Shown: positions 19,900 to 30,194 of the stretch, one piece after another
How the letters are laid out: the number at the start of each line of letters is the position of its first letter
Numbering within the stretch: position 1 is the first letter of the stretch
Assembly (NCBI GenBank): GCA_963781885.1
Contig: CAWAHW010000001.1
Coordinates: 192,001-256,000 of the forward strand
Direction of reading: 5' to 3'
Length of the DNA: 64,000 nt
DNA from: an uncultured Spirochaetota bacterium
GTDB taxonomy: Bacteria; Spirochaetota; Spirochaetia; SZUA-6; Fen-1364
Notes under the pieces: model-generated
The model's input: only the letters and a program-made list of their open reading frames with translations
Told to the model about the DNA's origin: nothing
The model's database searches: none
Position numbers and translations under genes: made by a program

Positions 19900-21334
19900 G
19901 AAGATGCCCCTTGCAGACCTTCTTGCCGCGCGCCCGGCCGTTCTTTCATCCTGGCCCACGGGCGCCGGGGTGGACCTCGACGAAGCCTGCGCGTGGCAGG
20001 CGAAAATCCCCGCGGAAAAGCGCTTCTCCACGGCGATGCGCGCGGCGCGCGACGCCCGGCGCGTGCTCATCCAGCCGCGCGCAGGTGTGGCCCTCATCGA
20101 CGAGCATATCAGGCTCCTGAAGTACCTCGAAACAGAAGGGGAAGCGGATCTCCTGCCGACAACGATCGACGCCTATACCCGGCAGAATCGCTACGAGGAG
20201 GCCGCGCGGGGCATCGAGAAGTCGATCAACGCCGGCACCTCGCTTCTGAACGGCTTCCCCGCGGTCAATCACGGGGTTGCCGGCTGCCGGCGGGTCACGG
20301 AGAGCGTCAATCGACCGGTGCAGGTCCGCCATGGCACCCCCGATGCGCGCCTGCTCGCGGAGATCACCCTGGCAGGCGGATTCACGAGCTTCGAGGGCGG
20401 CGGCATCTCCTACAACATCCCCTACACCAAGAACGTGCCGCTCCCGAAGTCGCTGCAGGACTGGAAGTATGTCGACAGGCTCTGCGGGCTGTACGAGGAG
20501 AGGGGCTCGCCGATCAACCGCGAGCCCTTCGGTCCGCTCACGGGCACGCTCGTGCCGCCGTGCATCGGGCACGCCGTGGCGATCATAGAAGGCCTCCTGG
20601 CGCTGGAGCAGGGCGTGCGCTCGATCACGCTCGGCTACGGCCAGGGCGGCAACATGGCGCAGGACGTGGCGGCGATCGCGACCCTCCGCGAGCTTGCGGA
20701 GGAGTACTTCCAGGACGCCGGCTTTTCCGACTATGAGCTCAGCATCGTGTTCCATCAATGGATGGGGGGGTTCCCGGAGGATGAGTCGCGCGCATTCTCC
20801 ATCATCTGCTGGGGCGCCGCGGTGGCGGCCTTCGGCGGGGCCGACAAGGTGATCGTGAAGACCCCGCACGAGGCGATGGGCATCCCCACCCGGGAGGCGA
20901 ATGCACAGGGTCTGCGGGCCACGCGGCAGACAATCGCCATGCTCGCCGACCAGCCGCGCATCGAGACGCCGGAGGTGCTTCGCGAGAAGGAGATCATCCG
21001 CCGCGAGGTGGACTGCCTGCTGCCGCGCGTGCTCGCGCTCGGCTCGGGCGACACCGCCGCGGGCGCCGCGGCCGCATTCGAGGCCGGCATCCTCGACGTC
21101 CCCTTCGCCCCGTCGGTGCATACGCGCGGCAAGATACTTCCCATGCGCGACAACGAAGGGTGCATCCGCATCTTCAACCCCGGCGCCGTGCCGCTCGATG
21201 ACGACATCGCGGCGCTGCACCGGGAAAAGCTGGCAGAGCGCGCCCGGGCGGAAGGCCGGATCGTTTCCTTCCAGATGGTGACGGACGATATCTACGCCGT
21301 CAGCAAGGGCAGGCTCGTCGGGAGGCCCCGATGA
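19889..21334 (+). CDS. glmE: Glutamate (methylaspartate) mutase subunit E
   Basis: QPRAGV, LPTTIDAYTRQN, LNGFPAVNHG, RHGTPD, EGGGISYNIPY, HQWMGGFP, KTPHEAMGIP. Confidence 0.95.
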   Translation: MRDRKMPLADLLAARPAVLSSWPTGAGVDLDEACAWQAKIPAEKRFSTAMRAARDARRVLIQPRAGVALIDEHIRLLKYLETEGEADLLPTTIDAYTRQNRYEEAARGIEKSINAGTSLLNGFPAVNHGVAGCRRVTESVNRPVQVRHGTPDARLLAEITLAGGFTSFEGGGISYNIPYTKNVPLPKSLQDWKYVDRLCGLYEERGSPINREPFGPLTGTLVPPCIGHAVAIIEGLLALEQGVRSITLGYGQGGNMAQDVAAIATLRELAEEYFQDAGFSDYELSIVFHQWMGGFPEDESRAFSIICWGAAVAAFGGADKVIVKTPHEAMGIPTREANAQGLRATRQTIAMLADQPRIETPEVLREKEIIRREVDCLLPRVLALGSGDTAAGAAAAFEAGILDVPFAPSVHTRGKILPMRDNEGCIRIFNPGAVPLDDDIAALHREKLAERARAEGRIVSFQMVTDDIYAVSKGRLVGRPR

Positions 21335-22581
21335 AAATCAGACGCGCGCTCTTTTCTCCCGGTCGCTCGGCTTTCTTCTTCGACGATCAGCGCGCCATCA
21401 AGGCCGGCGCACCTCACGACGGCTTCGACTACGAGGGAGCGGCTGTCACGCCCGGCTTCCGCCGGGTCCGGGTTGGCGGGGAATGCATCTCCGTGATGTT
21501 GATGCTGGATGATGGAAGCGTCGCGCTGGGAGACTGCGCGGCCGTGCAGTATTCGGGCGCCGGGGGCAGGGACCAGCTCTTCCTCGCCGCGGATTTCATC
21601 CCGGTCCTGGAAAAGCACGTGCGGCCGCTGCTGGAAGGCGCGAGGGTGGACGGGTTTCGCGCCATGGCGGCCCGCATCGAGGCGGTGCGCGTGAACGGGC
21701 AGCCCCTGCACACGGCCATCCGTTACGGAGTGAGCCAGGCTCTCCTGGATGCGCGCGCGCACGCGGAGCGCTGCACGGCCTGTGAAGTGATCTGCCGGGA
21801 GTGGGGACTGCCCGTGGATGCCTCACCCGTGCCGATATTCGGGCAGTCGGGCGACAATCGCTATGAGAACGTGGACAAGATGATTCTCAAGGCAGTCGAC
21901 GCCCTGCCGCACGGCCTCATCAATTCCGTGGATGAGAAGCTGGGCCGTGATGGGGAAAAGCTGCGCGAGTACATTCGGTGGCTCGCGGCAAGGATCGGGA
22001 AGCTTGCGCCGCATCCCGGATACCTGCCGGACCTCCACATCGACGTGTACGGGACAATCGGCCTCATCTTCGACGACGATCCCGTGCGCGTCGCCGCGTA
22101 TCTCGCCTCTCTGCAGCGGGAGGCAGGTCCGCATCGGCTGTACATCGAGGGGCCGGTGGACGTCGGGGAAAAGGCGCATCAGATGGAAGCGCTGCGCGCC
22201 ATCAAGGCGGAGCTTGAGCGCCGGGAGTCCCCCGTGCGCATCGTGGCCGACGAGTGGTGCAACACCCTGGAGGACGTGCGCGACTTCACGGATGCCGCTG
22301 CCTGCCACATGGTGCAGATCAAGACCCCGGACCTCGGCGGCATCCAGAACATCGTGGAGAGCGTCCTGTACTGCCGGGCGCACGGCATGGAGGCCTACCA
22401 GGGCGGCACGTGCAATGAGACGGATGTCTCGGCGCGCTGCTGCGTGCAGCTTGCCCTTGCGACCCGCCCGATGCGCATTCTGGCGAAGCCCGGCATGGGT
22501 TTCGACGAGGGATACATGATCGTGAAGAACGAGATGGAGCGCACGCGCGCGATCATCTCCGCCCGGGAGGTGAAAAAGTGA
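21331..22581 (+). CDS. mal: Methylaspartate ammonia-lyase
   Basis: FFDDQRAI, GDCAAVQYSG, HTAIRYG, LPHGLIN, HIDVYG, VADEWCNT, QIKTPDLG, GGTCNETD, KPGMG. Confidence 0.95.
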   Translation: MKIRRALFSPGRSAFFFDDQRAIKAGAPHDGFDYEGAAVTPGFRRVRVGGECISVMLMLDDGSVALGDCAAVQYSGAGGRDQLFLAADFIPVLEKHVRPLLEGARVDGFRAMAARIEAVRVNGQPLHTAIRYGVSQALLDARAHAERCTACEVICREWGLPVDASPVPIFGQSGDNRYENVDKMILKAVDALPHGLINSVDEKLGRDGEKLREYIRWLAARIGKLAPHPGYLPDLHIDVYGTIGLIFDDDPVRVAAYLASLQREAGPHRLYIEGPVDVGEKAHQMEALRAIKAELERRESPVRIVADEWCNTLEDVRDFTDAAACHMVQIKTPDLGGIQNIVESVLYCRAHGMEAYQGGTCNETDVSARCCVQLALATRPMRILAKPGMGFDEGYMIVKNEMERTRAIISAREVKK

Positions 22582-23952
22582 GCGTGCACGAGTTCCGGGT
22601 CCTTTCCCCCACGGCCATACTCGGGTACGGCTTTCCCGAGGAGTCCTTCCGAAACGGTATCGCGAAAGAGGCCCGACCTGATCGCCTGCGACGCCGGCTC
22701 CACCGATCCCGGGCCCTACTACTTGGGAAGCGGCAAGTCCTTCACCGACCGCGCATTCGTGAAGCGGGACCTCACCTTCATGCTCGTGGAGGGCGTACGG
22801 CGTGGCGTTCCCGTCGTGGTGGGCACGGCAGGAGGGTCGGGGGCCGCGCCGCACCTGGCGTGGTGCCGCTCCATCATTGAAGAGATCGCAGCGGAGCACC
22901 GCTTGAGCTTCACGATGGGTGTCATTTCCTCTGACGTCAGCAAGCAGACCGTGAAGCAGGCACTCGCGGCCGGACGTATCCAGGCCCTGCCCTTTGTTCC
23001 GCCGCTGGATGAAAAGGCCATCGACGAATCCCCGCACATCGTGGCGCAGATCGGGTGCGAGCCGCTGCAGAAGGCGCTGGCCGCGGGATGCAATGTCGTC
23101 CTGGCAGGTCGCTGCTACGACCCGGCCAACTTTGCGGCCCTTCCCATCATGAAGGGCTTTCCCGAGGGCCTCTGCCTGCACATGGGAAAGATCCTCGAGT
23201 GCGGCGCCATCGCCGCAACGCCGGGAAGCGGAGCCGACTGCGCATTCGCCACGATATACGATGACCATTTCGTGCTGGAGGCGCTTTCGCCGAAGCGGCG
23301 CTTCACGCGCGAATCCGCGGCCGCGCATACCCTCTACGAAAAGTCCGACCCCTACAGGCTGCCGGGCCCCGGCGGCCTGATCGACCTCACGGGCTGCTCC
23401 TTCACCGACCTGGGTGAGGGGCGCGTGGAGGTGCGGGGCAGCCGGCACGAGAAGACGCCCGCCTACTGGGTGAAGCTGGAAGGGGCGCGGCGGATCGGCT
23501 CGCGATCCATCAGCATCGCGGGGGTGCGCGACCCGATCATGGTGCGCGACATCGAGCCCATCCTGGAGTCGGTGCGCCAGCAGGTGCGCGCCATGGCAGG
23601 GAACACGATTGCCGGCGAGCTTTTCTTTCACGTCTACGGCAAAAACGGCGTCATGGGGCCGGGCGAGCCGGTGCGCGCATCGACCTCCCACGAGCTGGGA
23701 ATCGTGATGGAGGCAATCTCGCCCACGCAGGAGCAGGCCGATACGCTCGTGAGCGTCACCCGGTCCACGCTCCTGCATTACGGCTATCCCGGACGCATCT
23801 CCACGGCTGGCAACCTCGCCTTCCCCTTCTCCCCTTCCGACATTCGGGCAGGCGACGTCTACGGCTTCTCGATCTACCATCTCATGCAGGTGGACGACCC
23901 GGCCGGCTTCCCGCTCGAAATGGTGCGCATCAGGAATGGAGCGGCATCATGA
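22578..23952 (+). CDS. AtuA/DUF1446-family protein (frameshift near 22666)
   Basis: LSPTAILGYGFP, then DAGSTDPGPYYLGSG, GTAGGSGA, GRCYD, HMGKILECG, AHTLYEKSDP, STAGNLAFPFSP; one extra A in an AAA run. Confidence 0.85.
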
Positions 23953-24269
23953 AAAAAAGCATCATGGAGGTGGCGCGCGTCATCAGGTCCAAGAACTCGG
24001 GTCCCTACGAGCTCACGCTGGACGTCATGTTCAGCGACAGGAAACACTACGAGCTCTTCCGCGACCGCGGAATAATTTCCAAGGACCTCATCGGCAGGCT
24101 CTACGGCGTGGCGCCGTCCGAGATACTCGGCATCGTCTGGTTCGAGCCCTGCAATGCCGTGAAGGCGACCATCCGCAGGCGCATTGCGTCCGGCGCACCC
24201 GGTGACACCGACATCTACGGCGCGCAGCAGCATGCGCCGCTTCTTTCCATCGAGTTCGAGGAAGGATGA
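23949..24269 (+). CDS. DUF4387-family protein
   Basis: IRSKNSGPYELTLDV and GDTDIYGAQQHAPL motifs; usual partner of DUF1446. Confidence 0.9.
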   Translation: MKKSIMEVARVIRSKNSGPYELTLDVMFSDRKHYELFRDRGIISKDLIGRLYGVAPSEILGIVWFEPCNAVKATIRRRIASGAPGDTDIYGAQQHAPLLSIEFEEG

Positions 24270-25243
24270 CGATGGCAGACAAGCCCGATATCAGCCAGCT
24301 CCAGCAGCAGTTCTCCCACCCGACCTCATCCTCCGAGACGCTGATCTATGCCACGTATTACGCGCCGCGCGGCAGGCAGCGCCTCTACATGCTGGGCGCA
24401 GAGCTCTCCCATCGCTACCTCTACCCCAGCGATCTGCTTGTCGGCATCATAGGAGCGGAAGGCTCGGGAAAGTCCACGCTCATCAAAGGTCTTTTCCCCG
24501 GTCTGGAGCTCACGAACGACGACGACGGCGTGAACATCCGGCCTGCCCAGCTCTACGCCTTCACGCCGGACGACTACTTCGCCCCGCACACCTTCCACAT
24601 CGACGTGCGCTACGAGCGCGCCTTCCATCAGCCCTGGCAGATCGCGGAAGCGGTCACCACGGCGGTGTCCCACGGCCGCCGGGTCATCGTGGAGCATTTC
24701 GACCTGCTCTACGAAACTCTCGGCTACAACGCGCAGATCATCTTCGGCATCGGCGAGGAGGTGATCGTGGCGCGGCCCGGCGTGTTCGGCCCCTTCCCCG
24801 CGTCGATCAAGGCCGTGGCGGACAAGACGATACGCTACCGTCTCATGGCGCACTCGGCGGAGGACATCACCAGCTACGTGCTGGAGCGCGACTACAACTA
24901 CAGGATCCCCGTGCATCACTCCGACGTGAAGCACGGCTTCGTCATCAGCTTCCAGCAGGAACCGCGCATCGACCTCGTGCAGCTGGAGCTGCGCGTGAAG
25001 GAGATCATCGCGGCCGACGTGCCCATCGCGCCGGCAGGCGAGGACCGCATCAGCATCGGCGAGCATCAGATACCCTGCACGGGCACGCGCACGCACGTGC
25101 AGCACTCCGGCCAGATCGAGAACTTCCGCCTGCTGAAGGAGTTCCGCTACCACCCGTTCCAGCGCGAGTACATGCTGGTGGGAATCGTCGGCAGCCACGA
25201 GCCCGCCGGTTACGAAGAAATCACGCGCGTGCCCGAGCTGTAG
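24266..25243 (+). CDS. P-loop NTPase fused to an AlaRS/ThrRS second-additional (AlaX-like) domain
   Basis: Walker A GAEGSGKST; Walker-B-like RVIVEHFD; RLMAHSAED and PCTGTRTHV resemble the HxxxH/CxxxH editing motifs. Confidence 0.75.
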   Translation: MTMADKPDISQLQQQFSHPTSSSETLIYATYYAPRGRQRLYMLGAELSHRYLYPSDLLVGIIGAEGSGKSTLIKGLFPGLELTNDDDGVNIRPAQLYAFTPDDYFAPHTFHIDVRYERAFHQPWQIAEAVTTAVSHGRRVIVEHFDLLYETLGYNAQIIFGIGEEVIVARPGVFGPFPASIKAVADKTIRYRLMAHSAEDITSYVLERDYNYRIPVHHSDVKHGFVISFQQEPRIDLVQLELRVKEIIAADVPIAPAGEDRISIGEHQIPCTGTRTHVQHSGQIENFRLLKEFRYHPFQREYMLVGIVGSHEPAGYEEITRVPEL

Positions 25244-25278
25244 AGCGGCGGCAGCGCGCAGTTTGCCGGGAGGACGAC

Positions 25279-26469
25279 ATGAAACTTGCAGAGCGATTCT
25301 CCAAGCTGGGCACGGAAACAGCCTTTGCCGTCGCGGATGAAAGCAGGAAGCTCGCCCAGACGGGTCTCCGCATCTTCCCCTTCCACATCGGCGACTTGGA
25401 CCTGAAGACCCCGGCGAATATCATGGACGCGGCCACCCGCGCGATGCGGGAAGGAAAGACCGGCTACTGCTCCAACTGGGGCATCCCCGAGCTTCGCGAG
25501 GCCGTTGCCGCGGACATCAACCGCAGCCATGGGACGGGCTACACGGCGGCGAATGTCGCCATCCAGCCCGGCGGCAAGCCGGTCATCCACAAGTTCATTC
25601 TTTCCTTCATGAATCCCGGTGACGAAGTCCTGTACCCCAGCCCCGGCTACCCGATCTATGAGTCTGCCATTGGCTTTCACGGTGGAAGGCCCTTGCCTTA
25701 CAGCTACGTGGAAACGCCGCAGGGTTTCGCGATGAATGTGGCGGACATTGAAAGGAAAATCACCCGTGCAACGCGCCTCCTGATCTTCAACAACCTGCAG
25801 AATCCCACGGGCGCGGAGGCAAGCCCGGAAGAGCTCGCCGAGATCGCCCAGCTGGTGATCCGCCACGATCTCACCGTCTTGTGCGACGAAGCCTATTTCG
25901 ATATCCGCTACGAGGGGCAGTCGCAGTCGCTGGCGTCCCTGCCGGGCATGGAGGAGCGCTGCCTCATTCTGTACACGTTTTCGAAGAAGTACGCGATGAC
26001 GGGGTGGAGGCTGGGAGCGGCGGTCGGGCCGGCGGCCATGGTGGAGGCCGTCGCGAAGCTCAACGTGAATGACGAGTCCTGCACAAACCACTTCGTCCAA
26101 TACGGCGGCCTGGAAGCGCTCACGGGGCCGCAGGATGGCGCCCGGCAGATCATCGAGGTCCTGCGCCAGCGCCGCGACCGCTGCCACGAGCTTGCAAACG
26201 CGGTTCCCGGCATGCGATGCGGCCGGCCCCGCGCGACGTTCTACCTCTTTCCCAATGTGAGCGGCATCATGCGCGCGATGAAAATCGACGACTACGAAAA
26301 GTTCCGCCGCGCGATCCTGGAGGCAACGGGTGTCTCCTTCTGCACTCGCATGCATTTCGGCAGGCCGCTGCCGGGGGAGACCGAGCGCTACATCCGTCTG
26401 TCGTATTCGGGCATCGACGTGCGGAATATCGAGGAAGGGCTGGGTCGGCTGAAAGACTACCTGGGATAG
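25279..26469 (+). CDS. PLP-dependent class I/II aminotransferase (AspC-like)
   Basis: GGAGG RBS; NNLQNPTG, DEAY, TFSKKYAMTGWRLG. Confidence 0.92.
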   Translation: MKLAERFSKLGTETAFAVADESRKLAQTGLRIFPFHIGDLDLKTPANIMDAATRAMREGKTGYCSNWGIPELREAVAADINRSHGTGYTAANVAIQPGGKPVIHKFILSFMNPGDEVLYPSPGYPIYESAIGFHGGRPLPYSYVETPQGFAMNVADIERKITRATRLLIFNNLQNPTGAEASPEELAEIAQLVIRHDLTVLCDEAYFDIRYEGQSQSLASLPGMEERCLILYTFSKKYAMTGWRLGAAVGPAAMVEAVAKLNVNDESCTNHFVQYGGLEALTGPQDGARQIIEVLRQRRDRCHELANAVPGMRCGRPRATFYLFPNVSGIMRAMKIDDYEKFRRAILEATGVSFCTRMHFGRPLPGETERYIRLSYSGIDVRNIEEGLGRLKDYLG

Positions 26470-26534
26470 CAGCGCCGACGGCGCCGGGTCTCCTTGCTTG
26501 TCCCGCACGCCGCAGTCCTTTATGATCCCGCATC

Positions 26535-29237
26535 GTGGCTGTTGCATCCGCGGTACAGGACTATCTGCACGTCACCCCGGCGGGAAACCTGCGCCCCGCC
26601 CCTGACTGGGCCCCGGCCGCGGCGAGCTCACCCGAAACCGTGCCGTCGTCCACGCTTCCGCGCGCCCGGGAGGCTTTCAAGGCCAGCGCCGCTGCCGGCC
26701 TCTTCGAGCTTGCCGCGCATCCCACCAGCGGCGGCCTTCCCCCGCAGCTTGCGTACTGGCGCGATTTCGCCGCGCGCTACCTGAGCGAGCGCTGCCATAC
26801 GCCCACGGGCGTCGCGGAGCTGCAGCCGGTTCCTCCGCCCTCCCCCGCGGACACGATGACCCTGCTCTTCAGCGTGCCGCCCCTGCAGGGCGCCGAGTAC
26901 CTGACGGACGCGGTGCTCCACCGACTCTGGACGGAGCTGGATGAGTGGACCTGCGCGGAGGCCGTGCGCGCCGGCGGCCTGGAGAAGTTCCTGTCCGCGC
27001 GCGCGCCCTTGTGGCGGCAGGTCGGCCGGGTCTGCTTCCACCTGGCGGAAAATAAAAAGGATCCCGAGTTCCCCTTTGCCTTTCTTGCCACGTATGCGCC
27101 GCGCGTCTCCTCCTCCACCGGCATTCGTTACCAGCCCCTTTCCCGCGCGCTCCAGGAGTTTGCCGGGGAAAGAAATCGCAAGGCTTTGATCCATCTCCTC
27201 ACACCCGTCGAGCGCGCGGCAGCAGCGAGCCCCGTCATCCGGCAGCTCGTGGATTCACGCGACATCTACCATCCCCTTGCCTGGACGGCCGACGAGGCTT
27301 ATCGCTTCCTCCAGGAGATCCCCCTGTACGAGCAGAGCGGGGTGCTCGTGCGCGTGCCGGACTGGTGGACCCGGCGGAGCCGGCCGATGGCGGCCGTCAG
27401 GATCGGGTCGCACACGCACGGCGTGCTGGGCCTGGATGCGCTGCTGGACTTCCAGGTCGACGTGGCCGTCGGGGACCAGACGCTCACGGAAAAAGAGATC
27501 AATCGCCTTCTTGCCGGGTCTGACGGGCTTGTCTTCCTGAAGGGCCGGTGGGTCGAGGTCGATACAAAGAAGCTCTCCGAGGCGCTCGCGCACTGGCAGC
27601 GTCTCCGGGAAGGCGCCGGCAAGGACGGCATTTCTTTCGCCGAGGGAATGCGCCTCCTCGCGGGGGCATCTGAAGATCTTGCCGCCCCCGGGGTTGAGGC
27701 GGCGGCATGGTCCTTCGTGGAAGCAGGGGCGTGGCTGAAGGAGATCCTGGAGCAGCTGCGGTCTCCCGAGGCACTGCAGACGGCACTCCCCGGCCGGGAG
27801 CTTCACGCTACGCTCCGCCCCTACCAAGAGGCGGGGGTGCGGTGGCTGCGCCTCCTCACGGGCCTGGGCCTGGGCGCCTGTCTTGCCGATGACATGGGGC
27901 TGGGAAAGACCATACAGGTCCTGGGTCTCCTGCTTCTCCTGCGCGGCCAGAAGGCCCGTCCTTCACTGCTGGTTCTCCCGGCATCGCTCCTTGCCAACTG
28001 GAAGGCGGAGATCGAGCGATTCGCCCCGTCGCTCAGCGTTCGCTTCCTCCACCCGTCCTTCGGGCCGCTTCCCGCAGGTCCCGTCGCCGCCGACGAGCTT
28101 GCCCGCACCGACGCCGTGCTCACGACGTACGGCATGGTGCTTCGCCAGCCCTGGCTGGAGTCCGTCGACTGGACCCTGCTCGTGCTCGACGAGGCACAGG
28201 CCATCAAGAATCCCGGAGCGCGGCAGACCCGGGCGGTGAAACGCCTGCGCGCACGGATGCGTGTCGCCCTGACGGGAACACCGGTCGAAAACCGGCTCAC
28301 CGACCTCTGGTCGCTCTTCGACTTCCTCTGCCCGGGCCTCCTGGGAAGCCAGACGCGCTTCTCTTCCTTTGCAAAGGGGCTGGAAAAAAACCAGACCGAG
28401 CGCTTCCTCCCGATCCGAAATCTCGTGCGGCCGTACATCCTCCGACGGATGAAGACCGACAAGGCGGTCATCGCCGACCTGCCGGACAAGACGGTCGTGC
28501 CGGCCTGGTGCGGCCTCACAAAGGAGCAGGCGGCGCTGTACAAGGGCGTCGTGGACAGGCTGGCCGACAGCCTCAAGGATCGGGAAGGCATCCAGCGCCG
28601 CGGCGCGGTCCTTGCGGCCCTGCTTTCGCTCAAGCAGGTCTGCAATCATCCCTCCCATCTCCGCGGGGATGCGCGCTGGGATCCCGCGGCGAGCGGAAAG
28701 TTCGCGCGGCTTGCCGAGATCGGGGAGGAGATCGCCCAGCGCCAGGACCGCGCCCTGGTCTTCACGCAGTTCCGCGAGATGACCGAGCCTCTTGCGGCAT
28801 TCCTGGCGGGAGTATTCGGCAGGCCGGGCCTCGTCCTCCACGGCCAGACGCGCGTGGCGGAGCGGCAGAAGCTCGTGGAAGCATTCCAGGCCGATGACGG
28901 ACCGCCATTCTTCGTGCTCTCCCTGAAGGCGGGCGGCACGGGTTTGAATCTCACCGCGGCCTCCCACGTCATCCACTTCGACCGATGGTGGAACCCGGCC
29001 GTGGAAAACCAGGCGACGGACCGCGCCTTCCGCATCGGCCAGAAGAGGAACGTCCTTGTCCACACCTTCATCTGCCGCGGCACCGTGGAGGAGAAGATCG
29101 ACGAGCTGATCCGCCAGAAGACCGCCCTTGCCCGCGACCTCCTGGAAGCGGGCGGAGAAGCGCTCCTCACGGAGATGAGCGACGAGGAGCTTCTCTCGAC
29201 GATCTCCCTCGACCTCGAGCGCGCGCGGGCAGAATGA
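26535..29237 (+). CDS. SNF2-family (Swi2/Snf2) ATPase
   Basis: LRPYQ, LADDMGLGKT, LDEAQAIKN, LTGTPVENRL, SLKAGGTGLNLT, DRWWNPAVENQATDRAFRIGQ. Confidence 0.95.
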   Translation: MAVASAVQDYLHVTPAGNLRPAPDWAPAAASSPETVPSSTLPRAREAFKASAAAGLFELAAHPTSGGLPPQLAYWRDFAARYLSERCHTPTGVAELQPVPPPSPADTMTLLFSVPPLQGAEYLTDAVLHRLWTELDEWTCAEAVRAGGLEKFLSARAPLWRQVGRVCFHLAENKKDPEFPFAFLATYAPRVSSSTGIRYQPLSRALQEFAGERNRKALIHLLTPVERAAAASPVIRQLVDSRDIYHPLAWTADEAYRFLQEIPLYEQSGVLVRVPDWWTRRSRPMAAVRIGSHTHGVLGLDALLDFQVDVAVGDQTLTEKEINRLLAGSDGLVFLKGRWVEVDTKKLSEALAHWQRLREGAGKDGISFAEGMRLLAGASEDLAAPGVEAAAWSFVEAGAWLKEILEQLRSPEALQTALPGRELHATLRPYQEAGVRWLRLLTGLGLGACLADDMGLGKTIQVLGLLLLLRGQKARPSLLVLPASLLANWKAEIERFAPSLSVRFLHPSFGPLPAGPVAADELARTDAVLTTYGMVLRQPWLESVDWTLLVLDEAQAIKNPGARQTRAVKRLRARMRVALTGTPVENRLTDLWSLFDFLCPGLLGSQTRFSSFAKGLEKNQTERFLPIRNLVRPYILRRMKTDKAVIADLPDKTVVPAWCGLTKEQAALYKGVVDRLADSLKDREGIQRRGAVLAALLSLKQVCNHPSHLRGDARWDPAASGKFARLAEIGEEIAQRQDRALVFTQFREMTEPLAAFLAGVFGRPGLVLHGQTRVAERQKLVEAFQADDGPPFFVLSLKAGGTGLNLTAASHVIHFDRWWNPAVENQATDRAFRIGQKRNVLVHTFICRGTVEEKIDELIRQKTALARDLLEAGGEALLTEMSDEELLSTISLDLERARAE

Positions 29238-29247
29238 GGGAACGAGC

Positions 29248-30097
29248 ATGAGATACGGTTGGAAGCCATACGTGCCGGTCGGACAGCGCAGAAAGAGTGC
29301 CGAGCAGGCAATGGGGCGCCTGCGCAAAAGCGGCGTGTCCCTCCAGCCGGTGCGGATCGAAGGACGGCTCATCGCGCGCACCTTCTGGGGCAAGGCATGG
29401 TGCGATCACCTGGAATCCTACAGCGATTTTGAGAACAGGCTCCCTCGGGGAAGGACGTACGTGCGAAACGGCTCGGTCTGTCACCTGGAGATCCTGCGCG
29501 GCCGGGTCAATGCGAAGGTCCAGGGCAGCAGCATGTACACCGTGGCCGTCGACATCAGCCCACTGCCCGGTCCCTCCTGGAAGGCCATCAAGAAGCGCTG
29601 CACCGGCAGAATCTCCTCCCTGCTCGATCTCCTGCAAGGCCGGCTTTCCGCGGGTGTCATGGAGGTCGTGACCGACCGCGACGCGGGGCTTTTCCCGTCC
29701 CCGCGCGAGATCAGGATGCAATGCTCCTGCCCGGATTGGGCAACGATGTGCAAGCACGTGGCGGCCGTGCTCTACGGTGTCGGCGCGCGTCTGGACGCGC
29801 AACCGGAGCTTCTCTTTCCTGTTGCGCGGTGTCGACCACGAAGAGCTGATCGATGCGCGCGCGGAGGCTGCCGTGCGGGAAGTGGTGAGCGGCGGCAAGG
29901 GCAGGCGCATCGCGGAGAAGGACCTGGGCGCGATATTCGGCCTGGACGTGGATACCGGCGCGACGCCGCGGCGGAAACGCGCCGGAAAGGCGCCCCAAGA
30001 GAAAGCTGCGCCGCGGGCGAAGAGCAAAGTGAAGGGCACGCCTGCGAAGCAGGCGAAGAAGCCGCGAACAAAACCCCGACGGCCGGCCCGGAAATAG
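29248..30097 (+). CDS. SWIM zinc-finger protein (frameshift near 29817)
   Basis: RLPRGRTY, CSCPDWATMCKHVAA; continues LF-LLRGVD in the 29777..30097 frame, with a Lys/Ala/Pro-rich tail. Confidence 0.9.
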
Positions 30098-30194
30098 GCC
30101 CGGAAAATTGAGTTGCGATATTTACGTTTCGCATAAACCGCACATTTCAGCAGCGATTCGCAAAGGCGAATTAAGTTTCCAGTCGTTTACAGGA

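Noticed and set aside
18278-21334. 1018-aa GlmL-GlmE fusion ORF
   Set aside because: Artefact of the glmL frameshift near 19330; glmL ends at 19899 and glmE has its own ATG at 19889.
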